DNA of 64,000 nucleotides from Lama glama (lineage: Eukaryota): NCBI GenBank assembly GCA_028534125.1, contig CM052816.1, positions 2,854,001-2,918,000 of the forward strand, given 5' to 3'. The notes beneath the pieces were generated by a model. The model saw only the letters and a program-made list of their open reading frames with translations, was not told the DNA's origin and ran no database searches. This document shows positions 24,755-37,724 of the stretch, piece after piece (position 1 is the stretch's first letter; every line of letters starts with the position of its first letter). Both the position numbers and the translations under genes were made by a program.

Positions 24755-24950
24755 AAAACTATTGACTACTTCCTTCCTGTCAGGCACAATTTCTTATTGC
24801 ATCTTAACCATACCACAGAAGGTTAGAATGACCATCATTTCCATTTTATGGATGCAGTAATTAAGGATTAAAGAGATGAAATAGCTTGGTCCAATATCAT
24901 GTGGTTAATCAATGTCAAAGTCAGATTCAAATCCACCAAGATCCATTTTC
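24755..24950 (-). mobile_element. MIR SINE
   Basis: CCATTTTATGGATGCAGTAATTAAGG..AGAGATGAAATAGCTTG..AGATTCAAATCCA. Confidence 0.75.
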
Positions 24951-25339
24951 TATGAAAGGGAGACGAGGGAACGCTATACGTGGAAACACCAAAGGTAGCT
25001 GAGTTTTCCACCTGGACGCCCCTCTCCATCCCCGACCTTTGCAAGCTTGTATCTGGTCTCTGAACACTTGACAGGCTGTGAATGGGAGGCTCACAGATCT
25101 GAAGCATTAGCACCATGGCTTGGCAAACATCCTGTTTCCCAAACCCTGCTCTAACTCCTCCACTTTTCTCACACTCTTTATCAGGGGGACCTTCTCTGAA
25201 GCCTTTCAACCCACAAGAGTTGACAGTGGCTTAGAACATCAGCTGAAACTCATTTGCCTCCTTGAGCTGCTTCCTGTTCTCCGAAATCTATTAGCCCTTT
25301 GTCCAAATACTCTGCAGATTGGAACGGGATTTGCATGGA

Positions 25340-25448
25340 GGTGATACGACTAACCCGACTTGCCTGGAACTGAGAGATTTCCAAGGATGCAGACTTTCAG
25401 TGCTAAACATGGGGAAATCCCAATAAAACTAGGAGAGTTGTTTGCCCA
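25340..25448. mobile_element. Second MER94-like MITE, opposite orientation
   Basis: CCCGACTTGCCTGGAACTGAG..CCAAGGATGCAGACTTTCAGTGCTAAA. Confidence 0.6.
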
Positions 25449-25469
25449 CCTGCCTGGCAGAGTGACCAC

Positions 25470-25870
25470 ATACTTTCACTAGTATTATCTCACCTGATCG
25501 TCAGCACAACCCTGGGGCAGAACCTATTTTACAGACGAGGAAACTGAATCACAGAGATATTCAATAATTGCTCAGGTGTGCAGTGTTGAGAGCTACAGAA
25601 CCGAACCTGACAGATGTGCCTCATTCCAAAGCTGGCCCAAGAAATGGTTTGATGCCCTAGGCTCCAGAGTTGGTCGGACTGCATGAACCTGACGCATGAG
25701 TCTGACCTCGAGTCATTTCATCAACCTCTCCTAATATCCCAATTCCCTTATCTATAAAAAGGAGAGTAACATTAAGACCTGCCAGCCCAGTCAATGAAGG
25801 CTATGTGAGATAATGCGTTTAAAGCACCCAGCACAGTGTCTGGTGCTCAGTAAGTGCTCACTGGTGGAAG
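25470..25870. mobile_element. Two adjacent MIRs in opposite orientations (minus about 25470-25640, plus about 25660-25870)
   Basis: ATTTTACAGACGAGGAAACTGAA, then CCCTTATCTATAAAAAGGAG..TAAAGCACCCAGCACAGTGTCTGG..GTAAGTGCTCA. Confidence 0.8.
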
Positions 25871-26355
25871 CTGTCATAACTTCATCCTATTGCTAAAAAA
25901 TGAGGTATGGAAACAGTTGTCCTTTCTGCATCAGCCTCCAAGATTGGAATTTCTCTGAAATGTCCTTCTTTCCCCTTATAACCAGTTACCCACCCTTCAT
26001 CAGTTTTTTCCTAAATATTTTTAGAAGCTACATTTTCAGCTTTTGCTCTCTCTTGTGAGTTCCTCGTTCTGATCACAAGCTGTGTCTACCAGGGAGTTCT
26101 TTTATTCAACCTCTGTTTTGCAGTATCTTTCACAAGCTCAAAGGGAGAGAAGTTCAGTTGGGATCTACTCAAAGAACAAATCCTCCTCAGCCCGACCCCA
26201 AGGCACCACACATCTGTTTCCTTCACCCCTGAGTTGTAAATCATTGTACACGCTCAGTAAATACTTACAGAATTCACTGATTCATCAATTGATATCAATT
26301 TGTCCATTATCAACCACTCTTGCTACTCTGTACCTGGAATAAACCATTCCATTCT

Positions 26356-26474
26356 TTGGAAAAAAAAATATGAAAATGAATATATGTATGTATATGCATG
26401 ACTGGGACAGTGTGCTGTATACCAGAGACTGACACATTGTAACCGACTGTACTTTAAAAAAAGAATATAAAAAA
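26356..26474 (+). mobile_element. Young, severely 5'-truncated L1 3' tip with perfect 15-bp TSD
   Basis: TSD AAACCATTCCATTCT at 26341-26355 and 26475-26489; the insert carries ATGAATATATGTATGTATATGCATGACTGGGAC..TGACACATTGTAAC and an A tail. Confidence 0.95.
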
Positions 26475-27189
26475 AAACCATTCCATTCTGTGAGTCTTGT
26501 TTTGCAGTAATTTGTCATGCCCATCCTGCAGCCTGCTAATTTTCCAAAAATTACAGTCAGACAATGCTCTCATCAATTGAGTCACAAGAAGAAAATCATT
26601 GAGACTAAATAAGAGTTAAGGAATGAATGAAGCTGGGATAGAAGAAATACCAAACCAGAAGTCAGAAGAACTGAAGGCCAGTTTCGCCGAGAATCACCTA
26701 TGTGCCTTTGAGGGGAAAGAAAGGCAATGAGAAGATTTGTGTAGCCCTTGCTATGGGCCAGCTGTGGACTAAACACTTTCTAAATATTTTTTTCAATGCA
26801 ATTCCCCTGCCAAGAAGCTATTTCTATCCTGCTTTTAAGAGTAAAGAAACTAAAACTCAGGGAATTGAAGTATTTTACCCAAGTTACACCTAGTACTGAA
26901 TTCAAGATTTGAACCCCAGTCTATCGACTACATAACACAGATTCTTCTCATTTTTCTCATCACTACCAAGTTGCCTCCTTAAAATAAGTGATTATAACAG
27001 AAAATTGTTTCATTTGATCAGTCTCCAGTTTATGGGCTGAACAAGCTTCCCTTGAAATAGATCATGTCATCTCTTTAAGCCTGTTTTCCTCCAGTTAAAA
27101 TGAGGAGGTGGAACTAGATGAAGCCTTTCACATTTTATTTAAATCCTGGACTTGGTGCCAATATGTTGAAGCTCCCTCTGAAAAAAAGA

Positions 27190-27720
27190 GGCCGCTAGCT
27201 GGAGCACGCAGAAGAAGGCTGCCTGTGTGTTCAAGCATCCATCCTTCTAGCATTGTCAGTCTGCCGCATTAATATGCTAATTGCGAGGGAAGAAATGTGG
27301 AACTAATCCCGTGTATCATTCGAGTAAGGGCATCCAGGTAGCACCAAGATACTAGAGGATCCAAATCAGCGTGATTGCGCTGACTTTGCGTGTCGCGGCA
27401 GGAGAACAGAAAACGGGTTCTTTCATCACAGCCCCTTAACATGTTCATTCCAAACAGTCCAAAAGCAAGCAAGCTCTTCTTTCAATTCTCTTCTGGTGTT
27501 GGCATTGTCCGATACATAAACCATACTGGCAGCCTCCTCCACGCCTTCAGGAGCCCATCAGAGAGTAATAACCCTGGCGCCTTGGGGCTGGGTAAATCTG
27601 CCGCTCTCAGAACCCCCACCCAGCTTTGCAGGGTTGGCTGACTTGAATAGATGGGGCTAAAATAACGTTCCAATTGGCTTTTTCAGAATCTTGACTAATT
27701 GAACCATCTGGTAGAAGGCA
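27190..27720. promoter_or_regulatory. Candidate conserved enhancer
   Basis: Repeat-free, about 17 CpGs; ATTAATATGCTAATT (POU/homeodomain-like) 12 bp from CATTGT (Sox-like). Confidence 0.5.
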
Positions 27721-28185
27721 AAAACCATGTCATTTGAGGCATGGTGATTTTAAATAAGCTGCCAGCATGTGCAGGATAAAGAAGGATTGGTGGCATTTTG
27801 GTGGTGGCTATGGGTCAACTTAGCACATATGCCAGAATGAACTTTGCAATGGCGCTTCCTAAATGCAAGATGAGCCTTTTTCCCTCCATGATCCCTGCTC
27901 TGGTCCATAAAACCAAATACATGCTTACACACATTTGCCCAAATAAGGCCATTCCTAGCTTCCTCTTCTCCTTCCTTTACGAAGAACAAGCCTAACACAC
28001 CCAAATGGACATCACCTACATGGCTCAGTTTGCAGGGCCCATCAAAGTCCTCCTGACTTCTCCCCCATACCACCGACCCACCCGAAAAATGTATTAAACC
28101 ATGGCTCTGCCACAGCGGCTAATATTCCCATTACATACTTCCTTCATATTAAATGTATATGTCTGTCTCTAAGATGGGGAAACAG

Positions 28186-28658
28186 TGTGTTGAGGGTGAG
28201 GGGCTCCTCAGAAGCAGACCTGGGGAGGATCTGCAGGCAAGTGATTTGTTAAAGAAATTTTCCCAGGTGAAACCAACCAGGGAGAAGCAGGATGGGGAGA
28301 GGGAGAAGCTAAGCCAAGCTTTGATTTCTGGCAAATCCTCATGGAGAGTCGATTCGTTCTGACCCCACGGGGAACCCTGGAATGTAAGTCACATACCTCG
28401 GAGTTTGTCTCAACTTGAAGCAAGGAAGCTAATCTTTCACACTCCTGCACAAGTCAGTTGTTGGCCAACAGCAGCCCTGAGCAAGTTAACCCCAGGCGGT
28501 TCTGCCTCTCTAAGGATTTGGGTGAAGACACTCCAGTAACACAAGACATCCTTCAGAGACAAAGTCACAAGGGAAGGTCATAAAAGAAACAGCACGCAGG
28601 GGGAGGTACGTGAAAACGATCTAGGGGGATCTGGTGGAGCATGACAGCGTCTGCTACA
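28186..28658 (-). mobile_element. ERVL LTR16-family solo LTR
   Basis: CTCCTCAGAAGCAGACCTG..GCAAGTGATTTG at one end and CAGCGTCTGCTACA (reverse of TGTAGCAGA) at the other. Confidence 0.75.
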
Positions 28659-29552
28659 CAGATGAAGCTTTTCCCAGCCTTCAAGGGTTTAGTGCAAAGT
28701 AGACAGGTTAGCCCCAGAAGAGAGCAGGATCCAGGAGGAAGGGTGTAGATGGCAGGAAAATTGAGTGACAGGAAATGAGGAGATACTTCTGAGTCTAAAA
28801 GGAAGTGGGCTCTGTGACGGGGTGTGCGGACAAGAGCACTTGGGAGCTTAAGGAGAGGATGTAGCGGGGGAGGGAGCTGGAAGGACATGGAGATATCCCC
28901 GCATTCCATACATTGATCCCTGGAAACAGCTACTGACTAGTGCAAAGGAGAGAGGAAACAAAGAGCAGAGGGAAGGGCACCAGATCAGATGGGCATTAGA
29001 CCTGGTCCCTGTAAACTCACTGTGACTCTGAACAAGTCACTTTTCCTCTCTTTATCTCAGCTTCCTCTTTGGTAAAATGAGGGCTGATCAGATCAGGACT
29101 TTTCAGTGCCTATTACAAGAAGCACCGGGGTTTCATGAGCTATTCATAGGTGTTTGTGGCAAAGGGTTCTGCCGACATCAAGTTCAGGGAACACTGCAGT
29201 TTCCTCTTAGAAATCCACATTAACATACTGAAAGTCTGGCCTTTCAGAAATTGGTTTTACTCTTGAACTCTTTGCTTACTTGACTGCAAGACTCATTTGG
29301 GTCCAGATATCTAGAATCTTCTCTCAAGACACTAATGTTTGGGAAACTGAAGTTCCTTTTTGCTCTAGTGTTGATTCTATTTCACAGATTAACAATTCTT
29401 GCACTCAAAAATTAGGTGAAATAAAAATATGTCCAATGAGGCAGACTTGTGACTATCAAAAGGCAGCCAAGAAACTCAGTGATAACATTTACAACTCCCA
29501 GGTATCCAGCAGTTAACCGAAGCCAAGCCCTGCAGCGAGCACTTTATAAACA

Positions 29553-29751
29553 CTGTGTCCTCACATGGCAGAAGGGGCGAGGGCGAGAGAGCTCTCTGGG
29601 GTCTCTTTTATAAGGGCACTAATCCCATTCATGAGGGTTTCACTCTTATAACCTAATCCTCTCCCCAAGCCCCACCTCCAAATACCAACACACTGGGGAT
29701 TCAATTTCAACATAAGAATTTCTGAAAGACACATGCATTCAGTCTATAGCA
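29553..29751 (-). mobile_element. MLT1A-like MaLR LTR, partial
   Basis: TGTGTCCTCACATGGCAGAAGGGG..CTCTTTTATAAGGGCACTAATCCCATTCATGAGGG..CATTCAGTCTATAGCA. Confidence 0.92.
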
Positions 29752-30014
29752 GTGCCTCAAAGGAAAGACTTATGCATTACACGTGACTTGCATCACCCAA
29801 GCTCTGGACGTTGTCCCAGAACTGGACATCATAAAACAAAAATTTGAGGGATTTTTTGTTTTTGTCTTCTTGAGGGCAGGTACATGTCTGTTTTGCCCAT
29901 TTTAACCTCAGAATCTAGCACAGTCCCAGGAAACAATTAGTTCTTTTAAGAGCATTTTTTGTTAGATAAATGAAAGAGTAATTAAGTAGCAAATCCTCAA
30001 CTAATAGGAATAAT

Positions 30015-30255
30015 GCAACAATGGCATTTATCGAGCATCCGCCATATGGCAGGCATCATGTTAAGTGCCTGTATTATACCTACAGCCTCATCTGAACCTC
30101 AGAACAAACTGTAATGTCAGTGGTGTTCTTAAGGCTCCTTTAGAGATGAGGGAACTGAAGCACAGACAGGTTGAATGACTGGCGCAAGGTCACACAGCAA
30201 TCAAGGATTTAAGCCCAGTCAGTCCAACTGCATGAGCCAAGCTCTTAGTGATGAA
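30015..30255 (-). mobile_element. MIR SINE
   Basis: TTTAGAGATGAGGGAACTGAAGCACAGACAGGTTGAATGACTGGCGCAAGGTCACACAGC. Confidence 0.88.
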
Positions 30256-30529
30256 GCTAAGATCAACATTTGGACATTCTGACCACCTTCATAATGCCCC
30301 TGAAGATAAAAATAATCCAGAAAAAAATTTAGATTTTTTTCCAAGGGATCTAAGGTACAAAATATAGGATTAAACTCTCGTAGACTGGCTTTCAATACAG
30401 TTCTCTAGTCAATACGCTGCTTTACGATATGCTGATAGACAAGAGACAGTGAAGGAAATTAAGAAAGTCATCACACATCTGGAGAGACAGGCAGAATGTG
30501 ATGCTAGCGCTGCATGGAGCTTCTGCCAG

Positions 30530-31070
30530 GACTCATTCATTTATTCACTCAACAAACTTTTCCTGAGTACTCATGTAAGAAACACATGAGTATTAGAAAT
30601 ACTCTAGTGAATAAGACAGTCAATGTACCTCCTTTCATTCTGATGGGAGAAAGCAAACATAACTCAGGAAACCAACCCAGATAATGTAAGACAATGACAA
30701 ATGCCAGAACAGCAATAAAAAAGAGCTAATAAAACAACGAGTCATGGCGTGAGGGGGGAGGCTACTTCAGAAAGAATGGGCAAGAAAAAGCCTTTCCCAG
30801 GGGGTGTCACTGCAGCAGAGACTTGAATGAAGTAGAGAATATATATTCAAGCAAAAACCTGAGTGGCAGTTATATGATCTGGTTTTGGTTTTTTAAAAAA
30901 ACTCACGATAGCTGTCATGTGGAGGGTGAACTGTTATTGGACAGGTATGGAAATGGACCAGATAAGAGGGTTTTCTCAAAGACCAAGGGAGACGGTCATG
31001 GCTTGGACTTGGGCGGAAGCAGTGGAGCTGATGAGTGGGAGACATATGGAGACTACTGGAGAGGAAGAGA
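30530..31070 (-). mobile_element. L2 LINE 3' fragment
   Basis: CATTCATTTATTCACTCAACAAAC terminus; GGCTTGGACTTGGG..GGAGCTGATGAG. Confidence 0.75.
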
Positions 31071-31313
31071 AAGGGTATCACCTAGTGTGCAACCCTGGGA
31101 GCTACATTTGGGGAAGAGAGTCATGGAATCCAAAAACCACATTTTTAATTCCTGCCTTCTTCCCTTAACCTGTCTATCTGTCCATTTCAGGAAATAATCA
31201 ACTTCACCAACATCAACAGTTAATACCTAAGTGCAATCACAGCATGAAGAATCACAGTCTCTTCTGGTACCAATGTTATCCTTTCCAGAGCCCAAGTCCA
31301 AATTCCTCTAGGA

Positions 31314-31640
31314 CAGTGGGTAGTAAATTTTTCCTGGAAAGACCAGATATTAAGTATTTTTCAGCTTCACAGCCACACACAGTCTCTATCACAATTATCC
31401 AATTTGTAGAATGAAAAGCTGCGATAGATAATACATAAACAAATGGGCATGGCTGTGAAGCAATAAAAAAAATTTATGGACAATGAGAATTTAACTTTGT
31501 ATGATTTTCCCACGCCACAAAATAGTCTTCTTCCTTTGATTTTTATTCAATCATTTACAAATGTAAAAACCATTCTCAGCTCATAGGACATACAAAAACA
31601 GGCAATGTCTGCCCCAAGGGCCACAGTTTGCAGACCCCTG
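31314..31640. mobile_element. MER58B (hAT-Charlie) with 8-bp TSD
   Basis: Ends CAG..AAATTTTTC and TTTGCAGACCCCTG; TSD CTCTAGGA (31306-31313) / CTCTAAGA (31641-31648); internal AAATGTAAAAACCATTCTCAGCTCA. Confidence 0.92.
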
Positions 31641-33479
31641 CTCTAAGAGGATGCTGGCAAAAAGGGAGGATCTCTAACAGCCCCCTCCCTGTTTAGTTTC
31701 TCATGTAGCATCACTCCTACGGGCACAATATAGGTCATCATGCATATCTTACATGTAAACATAAGCCAGATTTTATATTCCCCTCCATGCTGCTCCCCTG
31801 GGGACTCGAGGGTCTAATAGCCAGAATGAGCTCATTTGGCCAACAATCCCCACTTTCCATAATGGAATTTAATTATTTGGCCTGAAAAGCATTTAAGCTT
31901 CACTATACAGAAAGAGTCAAATAAATAAATAATAAAGGGGCACATTTTGATAGCACCTACCTCAAAGATCTTAAAGGCACTGTCATGCCTGCTTTAATAT
32001 TTTATGGTGTAGAAATGTGACTGTTACCAGGTCATAAAAATATACTGCTTTTTATACCAGGTCAAAATCTAGGGCCAGTACTCGTATTTTGTGGCAGGAT
32101 GCAGAAAGTCAGCCGGGAAAGAAGATAGAGTTGCCTTTTTCAAAATCCGAAGAGAGCTATTTAAAGATGATGGACCAGATAAATGCATATTGGATATTTT
32201 TTTTCTCTCCTTCTGCATCTCAAAACAGAAGGTTTCAGAGCCTGCTGGCAGCTGGTGCAACATTCATTATTTACCACTGGAAAGCCAAGAACCTCAGCCT
32301 CTGACCTTCCACTGTTGCTTTGGCATTTTCTGGGAAGAGCCAAGAGGCAGGCAGGTGTTTCCTGGAGCCAGTAACACATGGTTTCTATGCAAACACTCCA
32401 AATTTTCAAGTTGAAAATGACATTAGCAGTGACCCACCACAACATCCTACATCCTGGAAGAAAGACTCCTGCATTGACTGAGGACAATCTCACCACAGGT
32501 AGAGAATTTAGCCCTTCTCTGAGCTGCCTTTGTCATCACTGGAGAGTGGACAGATTGTTGTTTAAATTTCACAACAATCCCAGGAAATAGAGACCATTTT
32601 AATGCCCATTTCACAGAAAGGGAAACTGAGGTTATTTAATTTGCTCAAAAGTAACACATCTAGTAAGTGACAAGGCTAGAGTTTAAACCCCAGTTTTTCT
32701 GGCTTCTCAAAGAAACTGCAACCAGCCTTCTCATCCACCTCACCTCCCACCTCTCAGAATGCTTCAGTATAACAGAAATGTGAGCTGCCCTAGCTCCTAT
32801 TCAAGGAAAATGACAATTTCCAAGACTAAGATGAAAAAAGAGAAGGAGGGAGTGGGGGAGTAACAGTTCCACAGCTGAAGTTAGGTACTGAAAAAGCTAA
32901 TAACTGATGTACAAGCAAACAAATGCAGAGAAAGGTTTTTGGCACCATAAAACAGAGATTAATTAATACTAGATTACAATGGAATTCCTAGAGAATTACA
33001 CTTGATCCAGACCCCAGAATAACAAAGGAATTCAACATGATTAATGCTTTGAATAGCAAGGGACGTCAGAATGATTTACCTCTTACTACTAGAAACGGCT
33101 GCCAGATTGCTTTAAAAAGCTCTGCCTGACCCAGGATATTGGTATCTCCAGTGCAATCAGCAATCTGCGTTCACTCATTTGACAGAAGTGCCAATTCTTT
33201 GCCAACTTAGCTTTGTTTTACATTTCTCCTTTTCTCCCCTTCATCCCCCTTGCCCCATACTCCATCCCAGCTTGGAGGAATTCTGAAATCCCCAACAAGC
33301 CTGGGGTAACCTGGGTGTTCAGAAGAACCAGTTCCAGGCAACAAGCAACCCAGACAAACCCAGCCTGGACACAAGTTCCAGCAAAAGCAGCCGTTCCACC
33401 AATCCTGAAGGAGCTCTTTTATTTTATCTTCTCATTTTTCCTCTTCGGAAAAATCTCTGCTGGTGAGTCATTTGTGGCT

Positions 33480-34200
33480 ATAGGTGTTTAATGCATTCAT
33501 AGGAGGAGAAAGACAGATTGATGCCTTTAGCACAGCCTGCCTGCTCTGGTCTAAGGAGAGGTCAGGAGGGTGACAGGGATACTAAAGCTTAAGACGACAG
33601 AGTTGGCGCCAACATGCATTTAAGCAGAGACTAAGAGTCCAGAATTCCTGGACATCATAAAGAATCTATTATCATTGTGGTCACTTTCAGCAAGACTGAT
33701 TTCATTACCATCTGTCTTCATCTACCGCCGCTTGGTGAATAAATATTAAATATGGAACTTTTCCTGGACTCAAGTCACTGGGGCCGCAAGGGAAGCAGTT
33801 ATGTAACCATGTGATCTCCGCGCACCTCACCGCCAGGAGGGGAGCAGATGAGGCGAGGGGGGCGGGTGGGGGTGCTGGGGGAGGGAGACGCTGTGCAGTG
33901 AGATAAGATCATTAGTTCTACTGAGTCGAAAATAAGGGTTCAGTTCTCGGTTGAGTAATAATTCTCTTTTCAAGGTGGGCAATATTTAAGCAATCATTTC
34001 TTGAAAATTGGTCATTACCACCAGCTAATAACTGATTTGTTAGTTAATAGCCCAAGGTGAAGCCAAGGGCAGCAAATGCTCTGGCATACCATTCTCTGAT
34101 GGCAGGATTAACAGATTTCAAGGGCATTATTGCTATTATGAACCATGTTCACTGATTTATAACAACACTAATATGTTTTATTTAAAAAGTGGGTGCAGTG
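33480..34200. promoter_or_regulatory. Candidate conserved enhancer with G-rich core
   Basis: Repeat-free with a CpG cluster; CATCTG/CAGATG E-boxes, CTG-N7-AGATAA, TGATTTAT; five G-tracts at 33857-33885. Confidence 0.5.
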
Positions 34201-34879
34201 TCCTGGAAAAATTCATCATTGTATGGTGCTCTGAAGTTGAACAGCCACTATACTGTGTCCAAGAGAGATGCCTTCTGGTCCGTACTGGGCTTCCCCAAGG
34301 TCTAGGCTGGCCCTGGGTGGCTTGCACAGTGTAGGATTATAGATTCCAGAAAAACATCACTCAGAAGGGCCCAGACTGAAGCTTTAATCACAAAGACATC
34401 ACTTTATCCTTTAAACATGTTCTGATTGTGTGTTTTTTAACACCTGCCATTATAAAGCCTTGAAAAATAAACAGTAAGATTTTCTCAGTGGCATCTCTTA
34501 GGAGTAGGATTGACACAGGGAAAGGACAAGACTCTTTAATTTCTTACTTTACAATTTGCTTCTTTCTTGACTATTTAATAAAATTTCAGTCAAAAAAAAA
34601 ATCTTGTAACTGCCCACTCAGGAAATCTTGAGGCTCAGAGTGAGAGCCAATGTATTGGTGAGACAAGTCATTCCCCAAACAGCAGCACAAGGTCACTGGG
34701 CCCAAGGCAGAGACATTTCAATGGTGGGATAAGTCCCAGAGAGCCCTCTGAATGATTACCTCTTCCATTCTTGAAGTCCAAGCTTTCCTAGGGAGACTGG
34801 AATCATGTCTTCTTTACTTCCTGTAACATACCTAGTCTCCCTTTTCCCCTAAGGGCATAACTCTAATTTTATGCTTCAA

Positions 34880-35371
34880 GAAAGACAGGGCTCCCTCTCA
34901 TTTCCAAAGATAAATCTTAATTACTCTAAACTAGGTATGGTAATTCCAACTCTCTTAGAGTGATTGGTTTAAGAATGGCCATGTGGCCTGGTTCAAGCCA
35001 GTAAGATTAAGGGGAGATTTGTAGAGGGATTTCTGAGAAAGGTTTCTGGCTCCTGAAATCAATGTGCAGGAAGTCAGAAGCCCATTTTTCTACTCTCAGC
35101 ATGGCCGGTGAGGAGGTGATGCCTGGAACCACTGCAGCCTTGTTGTGACTACAAAAAGACGTCAGTCTAAAAACATGTGCTGAGGATGGCAGAGCAGAAA
35201 GATGGAAATAACCTAGGGATTTCACTTAGCTGAGCCTCCAAATGAATCAACCCTGCAACTTCCCTATCTTCAAACTTCTTTTATTTGACATCATAAAAAT
35301 ACCTGGATTGTTTACGTCACTTTTCATTGGGTTTCTTTTTACGTACAGCTGACAATGTCTGATCTGATACA
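34880..35371 (+). mobile_element. Old MaLR LTR (MLT1I/J-like)
   Basis: GTGATTGGTTTAAGAATGGCCATGTG, GTGATGCCTGGAACCACTGCAGCC, GCTGAGGATGGCAGAGCAGAAAGATGGAAA, ending CTGATACA. Confidence 0.85.
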
Positions 35372-36198
35372 CTCCTCTAGCCTGCCTCAAGAAACATGGA
35401 TAAGGAAAGGCTCAGGGAGAATCAATCGAGGACAGAGTCATGACAGAAGCTGAAAAGGCAAGGTTTAGAAAACCCAGAGAACATTTAAGTGAGTTCTGTA
35501 TGATTCCTTACACCCTAAAGATTAAGCGGCATCTTTTCCATGGCAAACACCAGGGGAATATGTACATTAACCAGAAACATAAACACTTACCTATGCCAAA
35601 GCCCTCAAAAAAAAAAAAAATCAGAGCACAGCTAGCGGAAATCAGTTGGCGTTCCCAATGAAAATCAAGCTGGGAGGAATGTATTATGATCCATCTCAAC
35701 TCTCAGCTTCACTGAATTTGTCTTTCAGAGAAATCTATTTGTGGGGGAAAAAATCATTTAGTGAAGGTGGTTGCTTGGCTCTCTTACGGTGAAGAAGAAA
35801 AATAAAAGGTGAGGATTCATAACTGATTGGCTCACTAAATAAATATTTACTCACCGCCTGTCATGTGTAAGTACTGTTGTCAGGACAACAGAATAGCTGA
35901 AGATGCCTCTGTCTTCAAGGAACTCACAGTCTGTAGATACCTAATGAAAGGTGATTGTAGGTTTCCTGGAGAGACTAACGTAAAAACAGAAGCTTCAAAC
36001 ACTGGCTCTCAACCAACACATATGCCTGAAATCAGCAGTTCTATGTTAAGGGAATAGATTGTTACTGGTCTCTTTCAGCAGCTAAAGCCTGATTCTTGAA
36101 CTTCTAAAGCCACCAAAGTTGGAAGAACCAGATGAAGAGGAGAAAGATGAGGAGGAATATTTGGCTACAACACAGATATTATTTTGGAAAAACTTTTT

Positions 36199-36236
36199 TT
36201 CATTTTTTTTATTGAAGTACAGTCAGTTACAATGTT
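36199..36236 (-). mobile_element. 38-bp L1 3'-tip insertion with 11-bp TSD
   Basis: TSD AAAAACTTTTT at 36188-36198 and 36237-36247; the insert contains TTTTTTTTATTGAAGTACAGTCAGTTACAATGT, the reverse of the young L1 terminus seen at about 5130-5150. Confidence 0.85.
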
Positions 36237-37204
36237 AAAAACTTTTTATGTGATCATTTCTTCTGATCCACCATTTTTTGATTAAGCTGATCAATGTCAT
36301 CAGTTAGTTTTAGGTCTTACTCAAAGCAAAAATTTAAATATTTCTGAATTCCTTCAGGAAACGGTATGATCAATTTAGGAGGAGAAAAATATACCTGACT
36401 TATCCCATCTATAAAGAAAAAATTACAATAAAACTCTTCCTTGCTATTAGTAACAGAAAGGTTAGTACTTTACCTCTACTCTGGAATAAAGCCCTAAAGA
36501 TCTTTACATAAACAGCTCTGCACCTTTATTTTAATTAAGCCAAACTTGATAATAGGGGCTAAGGTTGTCCACCTACCTCCTTCCCATTCACATTCCCCAC
36601 CACACTATTTACTGAGCCCGCCTCCCTCGTTTTGCATCCCTCCCAGGTACTCAGTGGTCCCTGAACTGTAGTCTCCTGACCAGACCTTCCTTACCCACCC
36701 TGCCCCCATAAAAAATTCATCTAACCAATGTCTCATCCTTTTAATGTCAGGTGCTCTGCTCAGAATCTGGGAAAACAGATGCTCTCAGTGGGTACAGACT
36801 GGCTAACCTGGTACCTCTCCTAAGTGGGCTAGATGCATTTTTGCAGGAACCTTCTGAGACAATAGTCTAACCCTCCAGTTAAGGATTCTCATAATGAGGA
36901 TTTTTAAGTATCCTAGGACACTTGTGAAGGAAGTTGGGGAAGCTACTCCTAAAAGCACATCTGGCAAGTCGCTGGAATTTGCTTATTTGCAGGGCTGGTC
37001 ATCTCCTGAGTACATCCAAGTAGTTACATGAGATGCTTCTGCAAAACAACTCACATGTTTAACAGTCTTGCTCCAGAAGACTCCAGGGCTCACCTGATCG
37101 GCTACAAGCCGATGACTGTGTCAGTTCTGGAAAGCACCGTTCAACTGAGTCTAGACAGTCACTTCCCTTAAGGAACAAAGAAATGCTCTGCTTAACGACA
37201 GCCA

Positions 37205-37577
37205 CCTTCCCCTGCATATTCAGCAGATGGACTAACCATAGTAACAAGAACACCAAAGTCCCAAACCCTTAAAACAGTGAAGATTTGTTTCACATAAAAC
37301 GCAAGCAGCTCTCCTCCAACTAACAATTCAGAAACCCAAGGCTCCTTCTATTTGGGGCTCTGCCGCCTGCAATCCATAGTTCACAAAGTTCCCTGGGCCC
37401 GGGCACAGAGAAGAAGGAACGTGGAGCCAGACCTGGAAGTGGTGACATGACTTCAACCCACACGCGAGTGGCCAGAACTCAGTCATACGCCCGCCTAGCT
37501 GCAGGTGAGGCTGGGAAACGTAGCTGAGCTGTGTGCACAGTGACGAAGTAAGAGTTTAGTGAGCAGAATCTGCCACA
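37205..37577 (-). mobile_element. Old MaLR LTR (MLT1I/J-like)
   Basis: CCTGGAAGTGG..TGGCCAGAACTCAGTCATA..GAGGCTGGGAAACGTAG..TCTGCCACA. Confidence 0.8.
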
Positions 37578-37724
37578 CTCCACAAGCCAGAGGGCCGACA
37601 GCTGTGCACTCGCTCCTCACGGGCCTGTTGCTGACCCACAGCTGTGGCTGACTGCATCTGACCAGACTGGGGTCTTTCCCAACAGCTTCCTCTGTGGGTT
37701 TCGGTTAGTGTCACTCTAACTAAA

